DNA of 64,000 nucleotides from an uncultured Gammaproteobacteria bacterium (GCA_947259075.1 CAMYKQ010000057.1:135246-199245), one strand, 5' to 3'; positions 45,019 to 56,066 are shown, counted from the stretch's first letter. Notes: generated by a model from the sequence alone, not told the origin. Numbers and translations: made by a program.

Positions 45019-47343
45019 TTACAGCGTGGCCGAGATAGCCGTAGGTTTGGGCGCCAGATCGCGCTTGGCATCCAGCTTCATCAGCAGCGGTGGCAGCAAG
45101 AGGAAGTCGAGCAGCAAGGCCAAGACCACGGTCACCGCCGACAAAATGCCGATCACTGAGTTGACTTGGAATGTCGAGAAGGCCAAGACGATGAAGCCCG
45201 CGCACAGGACCACCGAGGTCACCACCATGGCGTAGCCCACGGTGTTGAAGGCGTAGCGCACCGCGTCTTCCGGCGACAGGCCGCGCTCGCGGCGGGCCCG
45301 CAGATATTTGCTGATGAAATGAATGGTGTCGTCGACGACGATGCCCAAGGTCATGGCGGTGATCACCGAGGCGGCGAGACCGATGCGGCCCACCAGCAGG
45401 CCCCAGAGTCCAAAGGCCAGCACCGCGGGCAGCATATTCGGCAGCATGCTGAACAAGCCCCATTTGAACGAGCGCAGCGCGATGATCAAGGTCAGACTGA
45501 TGAGCAGCGCGCCAAAGGCCGTGCCCTTGAGCATGCTGGCGATATTACGCTCGGCGATGTGACCGAACATCACGGTCCAGCCCACGCCCGGGGCCCGCAT
45601 GGTGCTGGGCACGTGGGCGTGTTGCCAATCGCGGGCCCGCTGCTCCAGCGCCAGCATCTCGTTATTGCTGATGACCTTCAACAGCACGGTCATGCGTGAA
45701 GCCGACTTGTCGAGATTGATCTGATTATTGAGATCAAGACCGAAGGGCAGCGACAATTCATAGAGCAACAAATATTGCGCGGCCAGTTCGCGTTCTTGCG
45801 GCAAGCGGTAAAAATCCTGGTCGTCGCCGTGCATATTTTTGTTGAGACGCTTCATCACGTCGGTGAAGACATTGACGTGCATCACTTCCGGCTGGGAGCG
45901 ATACCAGTCGGCGAAGTCTTGCAAGGCTTGCAGGTAGCTGGGGTCGGCCACCGCACCTGGCGCACCGGCGGGCAGGGAGTATTCGATGAGCGAGACGCCG
46001 GTGAGGTGCTCAGTGGTGAAGTCCGTGGCCTGGCGCACCGCGACTTGCTTGTCGAAGTACTTGACGAAATCGTCGTTGAGTTCGTTGTTGGGCACGAAGG
46101 CGAGCAGGCCCAGCGACACCGCCATGGAAGCCCACAGCAACACGCCGCGGCGGCGCACGACGAAATCACCGAAGCGCGCGGCCAGCTTGCCGCCATCCGC
46201 CGCAAGCGCCTTGCCCGGCTTGACCGGCAACAGGGAGATCAATGCGGGCAGGAAGGTGAGCGACAACAGCCAAGCCGCGAGCACGCCGACGGTGACGACA
46301 TTACCGAGGTCGCGGAACGGCGGCGAGTCGCTGAAGTTCATGCTGAGAAAACCCACCGCCGTGGTCAGCGAGGTGAGGAACACCGGCTGCATATTGATGC
46401 GTAAGGCCTCGGTGATGGCGCTGAGTTTTTCCTTGCCTTCATCGCGCATGAGGTGCATGAAGCTCACCAAGATATGCACGCAATCCGCCACGGCCACGGT
46501 GAGGATGATGATGGGCGCCGACGCCGACGCCGGTGACAGCTTGATGCCCAGCCAGCCCGCCACGCCCATGGCGCTGAGTATGGACATCAGCAATACGCTC
46601 ACGGTCGCGAAGGTGGCGGGGCCGGAGCGCAGGAACAACCACAAGCCGGCGATCACCAGCACGAACATCAGCGGAATGAGGCTGCCCATGTCACGCTCCG
46701 AGGCCTCGGGGAAGGCGTTGTTCATCATCACGATGCCGGTGATGTGAATATCGAGCTCGGGATGGGCCGCGCCGATCTTCTCCGCCATGGCACGCGCGGC
46801 CAGCGCCACCTCGCGGGTCTCTTGATCGGGATTGGCATTGGGCAGGTGCAGGGTGACGTTGACGCCGGTCACCTTGCCGTCAACGGACACCAGGCGCTGA
46901 CGCAGCGCGGGCTCATTGACGGCGATGTCATGCGCCTGTTGCAGCGCGGCGTCGCTGAGCGCCGTGGCCTCGGGCACCAGATCCGCTACCACCAAGGTAT
47001 CACCCTCGGCGTAGGAGTGCTGAAAGTTAGTGATGGAATCCACCCGCTGCGCGTAAGGCAGCTGCCAGGCGGCGCTGGTGAACTGCTGCACCACGGCCAG
47101 GCTGGCACGGGTGAAGACCCGCCCGTCCTTGGGCGCGATCACGAACAGCACATTGTCGCTGCGGCTGTAGGCGTCTTGCAGGGCCTCGGCCGCGACGAGT
47201 TGCGGATCATCCTTGTTGAAGTAGATGCGGTAGTCGGCGGTCTGCTCCAGTTTGGCCAAACCCGCCGCGGCCACGATCACCAGCGCCAAGGTAACGGCGA
47301 TGATGCGGCGGGGGTGGTGAACAATCCATTGCATGAGTTTCAT
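45019..47343 (-). CDS. MMPL/RND-superfamily lipid exporter (MmpL/HpnN-like)
   Basis: 774 aa. Two 6-TM bundles with two large periplasmic loops. MMPL-family collinearity. Confidence 0.85.
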   Translation of the reverse strand: MKLMQWIVHHPRRIIAVTLALVIVAAAGLAKLEQTADYRIYFNKDDPQLVAAEALQDAYSRSDNVLFVIAPKDGRVFTRASLAVVQQFTSAAWQLPYAQRVDSITNFQHSYAEGDTLVVADLVPEATALSDAALQQAHDIAVNEPALRQRLVSVDGKVTGVNVTLHLPNANPDQETREVALAARAMAEKIGAAHPELDIHITGIVMMNNAFPEASERDMGSLIPLMFVLVIAGLWLFLRSGPATFATVSVLLMSILSAMGVAGWLGIKLSPASASAPIIILTVAVADCVHILVSFMHLMRDEGKEKLSAITEALRINMQPVFLTSLTTAVGFLSMNFSDSPPFRDLGNVVTVGVLAAWLLSLTFLPALISLLPVKPGKALAADGGKLAARFGDFVVRRRGVLLWASMAVSLGLLAFVPNNELNDDFVKYFDKQVAVRQATDFTTEHLTGVSLIEYSLPAGAPGAVADPSYLQALQDFADWYRSQPEVMHVNVFTDVMKRLNKNMHGDDQDFYRLPQERELAAQYLLLYELSLPFGLDLNNQINLDKSASRMTVLLKVISNNEMLALEQRARDWQHAHVPSTMRAPGVGWTVMFGHIAERNIASMLKGTAFGALLISLTLIIALRSFKWGLFSMLPNMLPAVLAFGLWGLLVGRIGLAASVITAMTLGIVVDDTIHFISKYLRARRERGLSPEDAVRYAFNTVGYAMVVTSVVLCAGFIVLAFSTFQVNSVIGILSAVTVVLALLLDFLLLPPLLMKLDAKRDLAPKPTAISATL

Positions 47344-47891
47344 GTCGGTTTCGTGCTCCTCGTTAGGGTGTGCTCACTTTGCCAGCGCAAGCTCAAAGGT
47401 TCTGTGAAGTTTTGCCCTGGCTGGTGTGAAAAATTACCGGTTTCTTCTCCGGTTAGAAATTATCCAGTGGTGGGTATACCAGGGCATACCAAAGTAGGTG
47501 GTGAAAGCCCTGGCCTCAAACCGCCAAGCCGCCGCTGCTTGCCCGGCACGGCCGCGGGCGCCCGGCCTAGACCCGCGTCGGCGGATGCCCTCTCAGGGTA
47601 GTGGACAAAGACATATCGCGCGTCAGCAAGGCCGAAACGGCGGGACGATTCAGCTAAGGAATCTCTGATTTATTAGGGGTTCCGTGCGGCGCAAGGACGC
47701 GCCGCCATTTTCCATGGCGGAACGCCATTGAAAATGAAGGGAAGCGGAAATCGAATTTTTCGCTTGCCGTGCTCTGAGAATTCATGGAATTATTCAGAGC
47801 TTCCTTAAGAAAAATTGTAACGCGTTAATTCACGCCTTGCGGGTGGGAAGTTAACCGTACCGCGGCCTCGGCCATGATGGAGGAATTGAAA

Positions 47892-48128
47892 ATGATACCG
47901 GACGAACAGGAAGACACGCGGCAGTACACCGTGGTCATCAACCACGAGGAGCAGTACTCGATCTGGCCCGCCGACCGCGAGCTGCCCCTGGGCTGGACCG
48001 CCGTCGGCAAGACGGGCTCCAAGCAGGCATGCCTGGATTACATCGAGGAAGTCTGGAGCGACATGCGCCCGCTAAGCCTACGGAAGAGGATGGAAGAGGA
48101 CGCCGCCCGCGACCAGCAAGGCAATTAA
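47892..48128 (+). CDS. MbtH-like protein
   Basis: GGAGGA RBS 7 nt upstream. [44 protein letters not shown] is the MbtH signature with three Trp. Confidence 0.85.
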   Translation: MIPDEQEDTRQYTVVINHEEQYSIWPADRELPLGWTAVGKTGSKQACLDYIEEVWSDMRPLSLRKRMEEDAARDQQGN

Positions 48129-48496
48129 GATGAAACAATTTAAAAAAAGGAAGCGAAAGGACCAGGCGCGACTATTAGTCTATACAGCGCCTAGCTGGGT
48201 TGAAGGGTATGAACCCCAGCGTGCGGATAGGGAGAAAAATATATTATTAGTGGAAAGCGATACTGAATTGCGCGAACCATGACAATCGAAGCCGGGTGTT
48301 GTCTTAACGCAGGCTTGCGGTCCTGAGAGCGCGCTGTTCGTATAGAATCGAATGGCATCCGCGAAATGCGGTGTTTGTCGTGATGGCTGTTAAATTTATC
48401 ATTAAGGGGGTCGCCCTTTATTTCACCCTAATACTAGCGTGCCCAAGCTGTCGCACGTGGTCACGTCCTATCCCGCAAGACTTGAGGAGATCAATC

Positions 48497-48808
48497 ATGA
48501 TGATTGCCCGTTGGAGCATTGATGCGAAATTCGGATACAAACAGAATGTGATCGAGCTGATGCAGCGCTGGCTGCGAGAGATCGGGCCGCAGGTCGGGTT
48601 TAGTGCCGACAAGCTGCGCTTGCTTACCGGCTCGATCGGGGCGCTGGAGGCCACCGTTCAGACGGAACATCTCATTAAGGATCTCAGCGAGCTTAACCAG
48701 GCTTGGGATAAGCTGGCAACGATTGCCGCGCATAAACAATGGAGCAAGGATCTCGAACCCCATGTGGTTTCCGGGACTAGCCGCTGGGAAATCTACCGCG
48801 TCTTGTAA
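48497..48808 (+). CDS. hypothetical small protein (possibly dimeric alpha/beta-barrel, ABM/Dabb-like)
   Basis: GAGGAGA RBS before the ATG at 48497. 104 aa. Fold guess only. Confidence 0.3.
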   Translation: MMIARWSIDAKFGYKQNVIELMQRWLREIGPQVGFSADKLRLLTGSIGALEATVQTEHLIKDLSELNQAWDKLATIAAHKQWSKDLEPHVVSGTSRWEIYRVL

Positions 48809-49071
48809 TTGCGCGGCGGACTCGCGATTACGGGCGGACAGCCCCGCCTGAAAAAATTGCGGGTGAGACGGCTCCCGGCGCTCAAGCCGTGAGCGAGCGA
48901 GGCGGACGTTGTCGCGCCCAGGGCATCCGCTGCCGAAGGTAGCAACTCATCGCTATGCGCCGCGTCGGCGGCATGGCGATACTCTCCGTTACACCGCTGA
49001 TGATCTGGGTCTCACTCGACTTCTAATTGGATACCCTGGGTTTTAAGTGTGGAAGCTGAGGAGGAGAGCAA

Positions 49072-49527
49072 TTGAATCAGATGGATCAACCTTTGGCGCT
49101 CATCGCCGCTGACGCACCTCCGAGGGCAAAGCCTTCCGTCTATCCGGAACCCTTCGCATCGCGGATGCGGGGTCGGGAAAAACGCCCGCTGGGCGATCTT
49201 TTTGGGCTCACGAACTTCGGCGTCAATCTCAACCGGGTGGTTCCTGGCGCCGTCTCCGCGCTCCACGCCCATGCCAAGCAAGATGAATACATTTTCGTTC
49301 TGGAGGGGCACCCAACACTGATTACAAATGGGGTCGAAACCCAACTGTCACCTGGCATGTGCGCGGGTTTCAAAGCAGGCTCTGACAATACCCATCAGCT
49401 CGTCAACCGCTCTGACAAAGATGTACGCTATCTTGAGGTCGGTGACCGGCACGGTGCTCTACCCGGACGACGACATTCAAGCGGTTCTTGGCGCTCACGG
49501 GAAATGGATTTGAAAGGCTCCGATTAA
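49072..49527 (+). pseudogene. cupin-domain protein, apparently frameshifted near 49445 (C-terminus continues in another frame as ...VTGTVLYPDDDIQAVLGAHGKWI)
   Basis: Cupin motifs HAHAKQDEYIFVLEG. The conserved C-terminus is found in ORF 49328..49513 (+), implying a 1-nt indel. Could also be a sequencing error. Confidence 0.45.
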
Positions 49528-49687
49528 AGGAACAGGGGTCTTTTATCATTAACCCGCAATCGGTATCCGGCCTTTTAAAAAACAATCGGCTAAGCTTATC
49601 GCCTTGGCTAATCTTTTAATAATAAAGCCTTGCCTTTTTACAGACTGATTGATATTAAAGGCGGCAATACTTCAAAAAGAGCACGGC

Positions 49688-49963
49688 ATGAACTTCGAAT
49701 CCGTTAAGAATTATTACGAAATCCTGGTGGCCTTCGAGATACAAAAACAGCTCAAGGCGAGCGGAACCAGCGCTGATAATGATTATTTGGAAGATGTTGC
49801 CTGTGTCGCCCTCAACAAACTGCCGCCACGTTATGTGCGTCACCATGTCGATCTAGTCTACTACTTGACCGACGATGAGAAGGCGAATATGGATAACGCC
49901 GTCCGCACCGCCGTGAGCGAAGCACTCGGCTTTGTATCCCAACACCGATCACGTTCGCCATGA
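49688..49963 (+). CDS. ComFB-family (late competence development ComFB-like) small protein
   Basis: NYYEILV...VALNKLPPRYV matches the ComFB hallmark ALNRLPPKY region. Confidence 0.5.
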   Translation: MNFESVKNYYEILVAFEIQKQLKASGTSADNDYLEDVACVALNKLPPRYVRHHVDLVYYLTDDEKANMDNAVRTAVSEALGFVSQHRSRSP

Positions 49964-50048
49964 TCTAGACTGGATTATAGCGGGCAGAGAAAAAGCAGAC
50001 TAATTTTGCAATCGCAACCTGTGCAATATATAAGGCGCAATATATGCG

Positions 50049-50630
50049 GTGCGGGTGGCGATGCGCATCAGCACCTTAATTAACTCATCCATGGCTTCAA
50101 TCATGCATCCAATTCTTCGCAAGCTTGAAGGCGGTGACCGCCGCTCCATAGGCCGCTCGGACGAGGTAGTGGCTGAGGCTCTGGCGCGCCCCGTCCTCTT
50201 CAAGGTCTTGATCACGGGTTTGTCCGCCACCGACGCGCTGCTGCGCATGCGTGCGGCGGATGCGCTGGAGAAGATTTCGGTGGTGCAGCCGGACTACTTG
50301 CAACCCCACAAAGTTTTTCTTATAAAGATGGCGGCGGCATCGGCACAGAAGGAAGTGCGCTGGCATTTGGCGCAAATGTTGCCACGGCTCAAGCTGAATG
50401 AAAAAGAAAGGCGCCGTGTCGCCGATATTATGCTGCGCTATTTGAGCGACGGCAGCAGTATCGTCAAGACCTGCGCGATGCAGGCCTTGGCCGATATCGC
50501 TATACAGAGCCTGGCACTGCGCCCGTCCATTCTGCTGCATTTGCGCGAACTCACCGTCATTGGCACACCAGCGATGAAGGCGCGCGGCCGCAAACTGCTG
50601 GCTAAGCTGAATCCAGGCAAGACGCGATAA
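50049..50630 (+). CDS. HEAT/armadillo-like repeat protein (possibly AlkD-like DNA alkylation repair fold)
   Basis: All-alpha repeat pattern. Start codon uncertain. Confidence 0.35.
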   Translation: MRVAMRISTLINSSMASIMHPILRKLEGGDRRSIGRSDEVVAEALARPVLFKVLITGLSATDALLRMRAADALEKISVVQPDYLQPHKVFLIKMAAASAQKEVRWHLAQMLPRLKLNEKERRRVADIMLRYLSDGSSIVKTCAMQALADIAIQSLALRPSILLHLRELTVIGTPAMKARGRKLLAKLNPGKTR

Positions 50631-50952
50631 AGCAATGCGGTATAGTATTGCTTTGGCATCGCGCAAGTCACTGACACAGCGCACATCAATATTATCAACA
50701 GCTATCGAGTGTTTCTGGATTCAGGGAAAAAATCGTATCTCCCTGCGAACTTGATTATCTTGCCGCTGATGCCTTGCATCCGCCCGGCACTCACCCAAGA
50801 CTCGCGCCATGACTCACGCCGCTGCGCGGCTACCGCGGCCTCTCGCCTTCACCTCTCCCGCCGTGACCAGTCGATTGAACCTGCGACGGCTTGGTGGCTT
50901 ACACCGCGGATGCGGCTAAGCCGCGCTACATTGAACACATTGATTGCCGCAC

Positions 50953-51318
50953 TCACACCAACAGCATTTTGTACTCATGCGCGTCGAACACCAGCTCGAT
51001 GCGGGCGATTTTGTCTGCCGTGACCTTACTCCATTGCACCACGGTGGCCGCGCGCTTTTCCGATATCTGCGAGGTAACGAGGAGGATGTGACACAGCTCG
51101 TCACCATCGATGAATACCTTACGCCGTTCCACACGCTGCAAGATGGGCGTGGCCAGTTCCATATAGTCCATGAGCTTATCTGCTGAGGAAAAGGTGTTGA
51201 GTGGTGAGATGTACTCGAAGTCCGAGTCCGAAAGATAACGGCGCGCGCGGGCATTATCATGTTGAGCGATAGAATCTATGTAGGCGTCAACGATTTCCAA
51301 GGGGGAGCGCGCGTCCAT
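50953..51318 (-). CDS. NTF2-like/SnoaL-like superfamily small protein
   Basis: About 120 aa. N-terminal helix then beta pattern. Fold-level guess. Confidence 0.35.
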   Translation of the reverse strand: MDARSPLEIVDAYIDSIAQHDNARARRYLSDSDFEYISPLNTFSSADKLMDYMELATPILQRVERRKVFIDGDELCHILLVTSQISEKRAATVVQWSKVTADKIARIELVFDAHEYKMLLV

Positions 51319-51710
51319 GGCCTGTATCTCTAATGAATGATGGATAAATCCTAGCTTGCTTCGCGGCTGACATGCAAATGCGCGATGCGGCCATGGTGCC
51401 TGATAAAGGAAATATATGCGGGGTGGCTTAGCCTCACCGGCGGTTTCACCCGGTCAGCCATCGCGAATACGGCAGCGCCAATGCCGCCACTAAAAATACA
51501 AACTTATGCCATGCGCTGCTGGTTTACTCCATGCCAACCCACCCTGCATTCATCTAAATTAATGAACAAACGATTTCACCGAACGCGTCAGCGCAATCTT
51601 CCTACTCGCCGCGGTAACAAACAGCGGCTAGAATTATCTAGTCATCACACCGGTTGCTCACCGATCGGACTTGATTGCCTACCACCTCACTTCTATCCAG
51701 GGATTACCGC

Positions 51711-52232
51711 ATGGAAACCGCTAACTTCTATTGGACCGTGATCGTCGGTATCGCCGCCGCCACCTGGATCGTGGTGCAATTCATTCGCGACCGCATCGCG
51801 CTCTCCGTCGGCCGCACCAAAGCCGCGGTCAGCCATTTAATCGAAATCGATCGCTTGATTATCGAGAACCCGGCAAGCCAACGCTATTTATCGGAGACCG
51901 CCCGGGAGAGTGAGGCCTATTTCCGCGCACCGGATCGCCTCAAGGATGATTTGTTTTACCAAGCGAAGACCTTGGTCTATATGCACTTGAACACCTATGA
52001 TGAAATCCTGTCCTTGTCGGACCGCAATCACGGCCTCAGCTCGCTGCTGGGGCCCGGCGCGCTAATCGAAGCCGCGGATTGGGAACAGTATATTCAAGTG
52101 AAACTCCGGCATCCCCTCTATCGTTCTATCCTAAATAATGAAGAAGGCATCTTCGGCGAATCTCTGCGCCAGTATTGGCGCAATCACAAAGCGGCGGTGG
52201 AGACCGCCGTGAGCGATCCGTTCATGTGGTGA
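51711..52232 (+). CDS. hypothetical membrane-anchored protein
   Basis: Start METANFYW. One N-terminal TM helix. Confidence 0.35.
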   Translation: METANFYWTVIVGIAAATWIVVQFIRDRIALSVGRTKAAVSHLIEIDRLIIENPASQRYLSETARESEAYFRAPDRLKDDLFYQAKTLVYMHLNTYDEILSLSDRNHGLSSLLGPGALIEAADWEQYIQVKLRHPLYRSILNNEEGIFGESLRQYWRNHKAAVETAVSDPFMW

Positions 52233-52481
52233 GAGATGGAGCAACAAAGAATCAACCTGGGGTTCCACTATTTTTTACACCCCCTTTGTATTGATGCCAT
52301 TTACTCGCGGCGCACGCCAAGGCATAGCGGGTGAGCCATTCAGTTGATGCGTAGCACAGAGTATGCCTGACGGATTTCGACGCACTACTCCACCCTGCAT
52401 TCATTGATGCAGCGTATACTCGGGCTACGCCGTCTACAATGAAGACTCAACCCGCCAACATTATCACCACACAAAAGACCC

Positions 52482-53267
52482 GTGCCCATGCCACTCGACA
52501 CCCACCCTCCATCTGCCGCACACCAATCCAGCTTGCAATGGTATTCACGCCTCTCACTGCTGGGTTTGTGTCTAGCGGTAATCGTGGCCTTGGCCGCGCT
52601 GAGCTCGGGCTTGGGGAATCGCTGGGGCTGGTGGGATTTTCACAGCGGTTTCGGCATTCTGAAATGGGCCTTTTATGGTGGTGTGGCCGCCAGCGTGGTC
52701 TCGATCGCGGCCGTGGTCATGACACGCCCGGGCATGCCGCAGCGCGGCTTCGCCATGGCACTCACCGCGCTGATACTCAGCTTCCTGGTGGTGTGGCTGC
52801 CCTGGCAATCGATGCGGGATATCCGCAACCTCCCGCCCATCCATGACATCACCACCGATACAGAAAATCCGCCGTCCTTCTCCGCAGTCCTGCCGTTGCG
52901 CGGCGCGGACGCCAACTCTACCGTATACGCCGGTCCCGGGCTGGCCGTTCTGCAAACCGAGGCGTACCCGGGCATCCGCCCGATTGACACCGAGATCGAA
53001 CCGTCGCGCGCCTTCGAGACCGCGCTCGCGGTGGTGAAATACCTGGATTGGGACCTGGTGGCCGCCGATGCCGCGCAAGGTCGCATCGAGGCGACGGATA
53101 CCACCTTTTGGTTCGGTTTCAAGGATGATGTGGTCATCCGCATCACGCCCACGGAATTCGGCTCGCGCGTGGACCTGCGTTCGGTCTCGCGGGTCGGCGG
53201 CAGCGACGCCGGCGCCAATGCGGAGCGGATACGCGAATTTCTCGCCGCGTTCAAGGCGCGCCTGTAA
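52482..53267 (+). CDS. DUF1499-family membrane protein
   Basis: Two or three N-terminal TM helices. C-terminal domain with IHDITTD...PP.F motif region. Confidence 0.55.
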   Translation: MPMPLDTHPPSAAHQSSLQWYSRLSLLGLCLAVIVALAALSSGLGNRWGWWDFHSGFGILKWAFYGGVAASVVSIAAVVMTRPGMPQRGFAMALTALILSFLVVWLPWQSMRDIRNLPPIHDITTDTENPPSFSAVLPLRGADANSTVYAGPGLAVLQTEAYPGIRPIDTEIEPSRAFETALAVVKYLDWDLVAADAAQGRIEATDTTFWFGFKDDVVIRITPTEFGSRVDLRSVSRVGGSDAGANAERIREFLAAFKARL

Positions 53268-53493
53268 CGGCGTCCGGCAGCGCAGACAAAAAAACTGCAA
53301 TTATACTTCCCAAGCTGGGTTTATCAGCCGCGGAGGGTGAAATCACCCATTCAGCCTGGCCGGACTTCGTCCGATAACCCGGCAGCGTGGCCAATCTCTA
53401 GCCGTGAGGGCAACGCATGCAGCGATCGCAAATCCATCGTTGGCATTTAGATCCGGAATACAGGATAAAACTCACATTCAGAGGTAATACATC

Positions 53494-54477
53494 ATGCTCA
53501 CTGTCAATCACATCAATTTGAAAATAATCATTGCCTTGCTTTTCTGCTTGCTGCTTTTACCTCTTTCCACCGTCGAGGCGAAAAATTACAGTGGCAAGAG
53601 GATCTTGCTCATTGATTCATATCATAAAGGTTATCCCTGGAGCGACGGCGTGATCAAGGGCGCGCGCGAGGTGCTGGACCAGTCCGGCGCCGATATCAAG
53701 ATCATCCATATGGACACCAAGCGCAACAAAGGTGATGAGTTTTCGACCCAGGCTGCCTTGCAGGCAAAAGCGGTGATTGAGGACTTCAAACCCGATGTGG
53801 TCATTGCCTGCGACGACAACGCCGCCAAGTATCTCATTGCGAAACACTACAAGGATGCCAAACTGCCCTTTGTATTTTGTGGTATCAATTGGGATGCCTC
53901 GGCCTATGGCTTTCCCTACAAGAACGTGACCGGCATGCTGGAAGTGACCTCGGTCGAGGAGTTGGTGGATTTGCTCAGGACCTTCGCCAAGGGCAATCGC
54001 ATCGGCTTCCTGGCAGAGGACAGTGAGACCGACCGCAAGGAAGGCAAAATATATAAAGACATCTTCAAGGAGAGATTTCAGGATGTGTACGTCAAGACTT
54101 TCGATGAATGGAAACAGGCCTACCTGGATTTTCAGAAATCCGCCGACATCCTCATCCATTATAACTTCGGAACCCTGACCGCCTGGGATGATAAAGCGGC
54201 GGCCCAATTCGTCGAGAAAAACGCCAGGATTCCCAGCGGCGCCTTCAAGGAGGACATGATGAGCCATAGTATGCTCGGTTATCTCAAAGTTCCCGAGGAA
54301 CAAGGCATCTGGTCGGCGAAGACGGCGCTGAGGATCCTCGACGGAACCCCGCCCTCGTCGATCGCCATCGTAAAAAACAAACAGGGTAATATCATACTCA
54401 ATGCCCGCATCGCACAGAAGGTCAACGCGGACATCCCCTTCGAGTTGTTTCAGTCCGCAATCAAGGTGATTGAATAA
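53494..54477 (+). CDS. periplasmic ABC-transporter substrate-binding protein (ABC_sub_bind / PF04392-like)
   Basis: Signal peptide. Type-I periplasmic binding fold pattern. Locally low GC. Confidence 0.6.
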   Translation: MLTVNHINLKIIIALLFCLLLLPLSTVEAKNYSGKRILLIDSYHKGYPWSDGVIKGAREVLDQSGADIKIIHMDTKRNKGDEFSTQAALQAKAVIEDFKPDVVIACDDNAAKYLIAKHYKDAKLPFVFCGINWDASAYGFPYKNVTGMLEVTSVEELVDLLRTFAKGNRIGFLAEDSETDRKEGKIYKDIFKERFQDVYVKTFDEWKQAYLDFQKSADILIHYNFGTLTAWDDKAAAQFVEKNARIPSGAFKEDMMSHSMLGYLKVPEEQGIWSAKTALRILDGTPPSSIAIVKNKQGNIILNARIAQKVNADIPFELFQSAIKVIE

Positions 54478-54557
54478 ATCCGACGCGGGTCCTCTCTCCC
54501 GCCTGGGTTGGTCCTGGAATAATCACACGTCATTAAAGGCGCTGCACCCGGCTGTAA

Positions 54558-54592
54558 GGCGGCGAGGACTGGTAATCCTCGCCGCCTTTTGT
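54558..54592 (+). terminator. rho-independent terminator after the substrate-binding protein gene
   Basis: GGCGGCGAGGA-CTGGTAA-TCCTCGCCGCC stem followed by TTTTGTGT. Confidence 0.65.
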
Positions 54593-54734
54593 GTATACGA
54601 TGACATTGGCTGGGGATGAGCGCTAGCTTGGAACGGTGGCGTTCGTACGCAGGGGCCCGGGCCGATTGAAAGACCCCTGCCAGGCGTCCGGAGGCGGGGG
54701 TGCGCCCTTTCAAGCATGGCGCTTTATCCGCGTA

Positions 54735-55229
54735 TTATTGCCTTGGCTGGGGCGCTTGCGCCTCGCGGGCACGGCGTAGTTCCTCGACGGCCTGCGCCTT
54801 GGCGCGGCCCGCGGCACTCACCGCCTCCAGCTCATCACCCGCTTGCGCCGCGGCCTCGGCGCGGCGCAACAAATCGCGCGCCTCCTGTGAAAGCGCGCCC
54901 TCGGCTTCCGCCTCGGCCATGGCCTGTTGCGCCTGGGTGATGGCCATTGCCATATTGCGTGAACTAATGGATTCGCGCCGCGCGGTGAGGGCATTATTGC
55001 GCGCGCTTTTGTAATCGTGGGCCGATAATTTCTTTTCGGCACGCAACATGCGTTGCTCCGCCTCGGTGAAATTCTTCGGCGCATGCTGCGCGGCATTCGC
55101 CTCCCGTGCCGCTTGCAAGGCCTGACGGGCATCACTCATCTCTTGCGTGGGCACGGTGGCGCAACCCGCAAGCAGACTCAGCCACAGCAGGGCGGCGGCT
55201 CCCATGAAGGAAATCGGCTTGATACTCAC
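54735..55229 (-). CDS. DUF4398-like Ala/Gln-rich lipoprotein
   Basis: Lipobox LLAGC. Helical Ala-rich sequence. Confidence 0.55.
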   Translation of the reverse strand: MSIKPISFMGAAALLWLSLLAGCATVPTQEMSDARQALQAAREANAAQHAPKNFTEAEQRMLRAEKKLSAHDYKSARNNALTARRESISSRNMAMAITQAQQAMAEAEAEGALSQEARDLLRRAEAAAQAGDELEAVSAAGRAKAQAVEELRRAREAQAPQPRQ

Positions 55230-55344
55230 CGGATGTCACCGTCGGAGATAAGCATGGTCCTGATGCGAAAACTCCCTGTGATTCAACAAAATTTTCCGTG
55301 AAACTAGCAAGCGCCCCCTGGGCTGTCAAGACGACTGTCTATAG

Positions 55345-55977
<633 letters not shown>

Positions 55978-56066
55978 AGGAGTCGATCGCGGCATGGCTC
56001 TCCCGGCGGGAAACGTTTGAGAATGGGAAAGACAAGCCTACTGCGAGTTTGATCCCCTCACCCCAG

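Noticed and set aside
47775-47800. Possible Fur box (GAGAATTCATGGAATTATTC) upstream of MbtH
   Set aside because: Only about 11/19 matches to GATAATGATAATCATTATC. Kept as a note inside the leader finding, not called as a site.
48809-49071. GC-rich 260-bp non-coding stretch inside the low-GC islet (possible REP/sRNA/remnant gene)
   Set aside because: No convincing hairpin/terminator structure, conserved motif or ORF. Cannot be supported from sequence alone.
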